In this document: piece by piece, positions 60,891-64,000 of the stretch
Layout: every line of letters begins with the position of its first letter
Position numbering within the stretch: the stretch's first letter is position 1
Assembly: GCF_000372725.1 (NCBI RefSeq)
Contig: NW_005201269.1
Span: 124,001-188,000 of the forward strand
From: Emiliania huxleyi CCMP1516
Taxonomy: Eukaryota
Reading direction: 5' to 3'
DNA length: 64,000 nucleotides
The notes under the pieces: generated by a model
What the model was told of the DNA's origin: nothing
What the model saw: only the letters and a program-made list of their open reading frames with translations
Databases searched by the model: none
Translations under genes and position numbers: made by a program

Positions 60891-63800
60891 TCACTCGTCT
60901 GCGGACGATGTCCTCGGTCCGCAGTCAAATGCCTCTGCCTGTCTGAGCCGCTTTGGGGACACGAGCCTAAAGTCCTCAGCGTACAGCTGGCGGGCGAGCG
61001 ACAACGTTGACGCGTTGCTGTAATAGGTGCACCACGGAGCGTGCCTTGTTACGCGATGTTTATCCAGCGGCTGCTGGGGAAGCCGTGGGAAGAGCTCGCG
61101 TAGACGCGACCAATCCTCGTCGAGGGAGTGCATGTGCAGTGTGTGCATCTGGCCCGCATACGGCGGCGAGGACCAGAGGGCCTGGGGGGAAAATATTCCG
61201 GGCAAGCTGCCCATTAGGGCCGACCTCGCTTGCTCAAGCCACCGAACGAACAAATCGAAGCTCATCCCCTCCGCCCACGAGTATGTGGACTCGTTGCCAT
61301 TGCCGCCAGCCCGGGCGTACTCATACATCGACACAAGCCGGCTGAGGGGGTGGCGCCAGACCCAAAACCGTGGCGTGCTCGTGTTCGCTTGCGGTCGAAT
61401 GCAGCGCTCCATCTGACGAATGGTTGCGTGGCACGAGTGGCTTCCCGACAGCCCCGGCGTTTCGCCCAGCAGCAGGCTTTCCAGGGACGTGCCTGCGGCT
61501 TTCGGCACGTGTGTGAAGACAATGCCGAATCGCTCCACGTAGAAGCGTTGGCGCTCGCAGCCGCACCGCTCGTACCGGCCCACCGCAAACGTGTGCAGCA
61601 GCGCCGCACTGACCGATGCAACGCGGTCGGAAATCCGATAGCCAACTGTTGCGAGCGCCGAGCCACCCTGGCTGAGCGCGCCGCGAACCACGTTTTGGAA
61701 ATTTTCGGGGCTGTAGGGGCTCGACATCTGAAACAGCGCGACGCACGTGCCGTCCCGGAACGCATGGAAGCGGGCCCATTCGAGGGCGCAGCCGACACAA
61801 TTTGCATTTCCTTTGGCGCGACTGTACTCTCCTGTGCGGTTGTCGAGTCTCGGCACGTCCACAAATTCCTCCTTGCACGGATTGCTATGCTTATTGGCGC
61901 GCCCGCGGCCATACTGCCGGCACACGCTGCTTAGCTGCCCATTCTTCTCGTGATGAGCCTTGATTCCGACGCAAAGAGGGCTTGATGCATGACCAAACCC
62001 ACGCATAGGATAGGATAGAGAAGCCACAAAATGGGCGTAAGTTAGGTCCTCACCGTTGCCCGCACTGGCGTTGAGCAAAGGCTGATACGCCGGGAAGGCG
62101 CGCACGTAGCGCCGGTTGAGCGCGGCCGACGTGGCCGCCACACTTGTCAGAGAGATGGCCACCTCGGTGACAAGGCCTGAGACGGTGAAGTCCTCAGGCG
62201 GCAGGCGTGACACCCCGTGCGCCCCGCACAGACGCATGGTTGACTTTGGTCCATACAGGCCGGGAGCAGCCTGCCATGTCGGGTAGTCGGGAAAGCCCGG
62301 CTCCCTTGCTACCATCTCAGCCAGCTCGGTGACGAGCTCCGATGTGGGGAGCTTGTCGTCGTCCAGGTGCAGCAGCACGTCGTTGCGCGCTGAGAGCGCC
62401 GCGAAGAAGCGGCTTGCCACGCGAACCCCTGTTGAAGCCTCCAGCTGCGCCATGTCCAGGTGGCGGACTCGTCTGTTCTGACAGATGCGGCAGCTGCCAT
62501 TCGTCGCCCACGTGAAGCTCTCCGATCGACCATGACCAACTATGATCTCCGAGCCATTGCGATGCAGCACGTTGAGCCCGAGAAGATGTGTGAGCGTAAC
62601 GTTCAGGCTTCGTGGTCGGCCAAACGTGGGAATCACCACCGAGATCGCCGGCTCTGCCGGCACCACCATCTCCTTCCCACGGGGCCGCGATTTCAGGCGC
62701 AGTGGTTCATCGTACTCCTCATCCGAGGTGTGAAGCCTCCACCGGCCGTCGGCCATTTCGCACTCATACTCGGTGGGACGAGCAGCGATCGGTTGCGCAG
62801 CCGTCGGGCGGTCAAGCCCTGCAGTCGCGGCCAGAGCACGAAATGCTGGGACTCTTGCCGCCAGAGAACGCAACGGTTGGACCTCGCAGCCCAAGGCTTC
62901 GAGGTGCCTTTTCACCAGGGCCTTGGCATCCATGTAGAGCTGAAGATCCGCTGCATTGAGCACCCTGAGCTGCTGCTCCATCTCCGGCAACAGCTTGGCT
63001 GAGTCCGATTTGTTTGCCGAAGATGTCGCCTTGGGCTTTGGCAAATAGCCGTGCGCCCAGCCGAGCTTCTTTTTCAGCGCGCATGCACTATCCGCCGGTC
63101 TCGAGATAAAGGTGTCGAGGGTGAGCACCAAGTCGATCTTCTGCAGCGCCTGGCGTGCCTGCTGCACCGCTCGAGCGGAGAGGCCGCGCTTCGCATATGC
63201 CTGCGTGCATGCGTGCGTGACGAGCATCGGGGCTACGGGCTCGCCGACCAGCAGCCGACTGTAGATGTTTGCTTCTGCCGTGGCCCACTCCTCCACGCTG
63301 CACGTCGCATCCGTCGAGCTGTTCTGTGAGCATCGGCGCCCTGCGTGCCCGTGCAAGTTGTACGAGCTCCAAAGTCGTTCGATGGGCTCCCGAAGCAAAG
63401 TCACCAGCACCACGTTTTGGCGCAGGTGAGAAAATTCCACGGCTGGTGCAGCGAGCGCCGGGAACCAGTGTTCGGTGGAGACAAAGCTCGTGCCTGCACT
63501 TCTCACACGCTTCACGCGATCTTCGAGCAGGCGCGGCCAGCTGTGAAGCGTATGGCCGCCGACTTTTTCCACCTGACTTCTGAAAGCTGAGCTGCAGCTC
63601 TGCGGGGGGCTCAGGCCGCCGCGGCCTGCAATGATCATGGTCCAATCAAGCTCGCGCTGTCCCGTTGTTCTGATCAGCTCCAAGTGGCTGTGCTTGCCTT
63701 TCTGGCCAGGGATGCCTCGCAAGCCATTCAGCAGAGCCAGCTCTGAGAAGGATGTCCCCGCCGCTTTGTGGAAGTGCAGGAGCCAGACCATGCGATTCTC

Positions 63801-63929
63801 GACTCTCTGCAGCTTTGGTGCTGGAATAGCCGTGGCGCTTTTACCCCGTGGATGCATATTGTTAGATGGGTTGCGTGTGAGTGACGAATAGCCGGATGAA
63901 CAGGGAGGACGAAAGCCGAGCGAGGTCAC
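60891..63929 (-). CDS. Sulfotransferase - GT-A glycosyltransferase - sulfotransferase fusion, intronless
   Basis: HFHKAAGTSF + LREPIERLWSSY; VVIPTFGRP..LHLDDD..NGEDL; HVPKAAGTSL + RHPLSRLVSMYEY + YAEDF. Confidence 0.85.
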   Translation of the reverse strand: MTSLGFRPPCSSGYSSLTRNPSNNMHPRGKSATAIPAPKLQRVENRMVWLLHFHKAAGTSFSELALLNGLRGIPGQKGKHSHLELIRTTGQRELDWTMIIAGRGGLSPPQSCSSAFRSQVEKVGGHTLHSWPRLLEDRVKRVRSAGTSFVSTEHWFPALAAPAVEFSHLRQNVVLVTLLREPIERLWSSYNLHGHAGRRCSQNSSTDATCSVEEWATAEANIYSRLLVGEPVAPMLVTHACTQAYAKRGLSARAVQQARQALQKIDLVLTLDTFISRPADSACALKKKLGWAHGYLPKPKATSSANKSDSAKLLPEMEQQLRVLNAADLQLYMDAKALVKRHLEALGCEVQPLRSLAARVPAFRALAATAGLDRPTAAQPIAARPTEYECEMADGRWRLHTSDEEYDEPLRLKSRPRGKEMVVPAEPAISVVIPTFGRPRSLNVTLTHLLGLNVLHRNGSEIIVGHGRSESFTWATNGSCRICQNRRVRHLDMAQLEASTGVRVASRFFAALSARNDVLLHLDDDKLPTSELVTELAEMVAREPGFPDYPTWQAAPGLYGPKSTMRLCGAHGVSRLPPEDFTVSGLVTEVAISLTSVAATSAALNRRYVRAFPAYQPLLNASAGNGEDLTYAHFVASLSYPMRGFGHASSPLCVGIKAHHEKNGQLSSVCRQYGRGRANKHSNPCKEEFVDVPRLDNRTGEYSRAKGNANCVGCALEWARFHAFRDGTCVALFQMSSPYSPENFQNVVRGALSQGGSALATVGYRISDRVASVSAALLHTFAVGRYERCGCERQRFYVERFGIVFTHVPKAAGTSLESLLLGETPGLSGSHSCHATIRQMERCIRPQANTSTPRFWVWRHPLSRLVSMYEYARAGGNGNESTYSWAEGMSFDLFVRWLEQARSALMGSLPGIFSPQALWSSPPYAGQMHTLHMHSLDEDWSRLRELFPRLPQQPLDKHRVTRHAPWCTYYSNASTLSLARQLYAEDFRLVSPKRLRQAEAFDCGPRTSSADE

Positions 63930-64000
63930 CCGGCAGCTTACCGAAGCTCACCAGCCGGGGCGCTCGACACAGCGCGGAGACGTTTCAGCAAAAAATCAAT

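Overview
GC-rich eukaryotic nuclear DNA. The GC-AG introns filled with 10-13 bp minisatellites and the gene content suggest a haptophyte such as Emiliania/Gephyrocapsa huxleyi (inference). Housekeeping and regulatory genes include RSL1D1-like, PWP2, LSm2, a USP, a CRAL-TRIO protein, a DUF1800 protein, an F-box+cyclin, a Myb+CG-1+IQ factor, ankyrin-MYND, RINGv-ankyrin-TPR and a sulfotransferase-GT-sulfotransferase fusion. They are interspersed with many small mobile elements. Main points: (1) two independent, inverted copies of a ~1.2 kb non-coding element with A-run/T-run termini, exact 14-bp target-site duplications and an internal tRNA-like Pol III promoter; (2) an intronless ankyrin-repeat + Zn-deaminase (HAE...CxxC) gene bracketed by a 9-bp direct repeat, with an 'empty-site' copy immediately beside it; (3) a 5'-truncated Kolobok-type transposon, with a KolX/P2X7-ballast gene convergent on a transposase that carries Zn-finger, SAP-like and OTU-like domains; (4) several introns apparently born by local exon duplication; (5) a Helitron-type HUH Rep remnant and T-rich-tailed, 5'-truncated retroposons. 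Protein calls come from motif recognition only, and exon boundaries are approximate.
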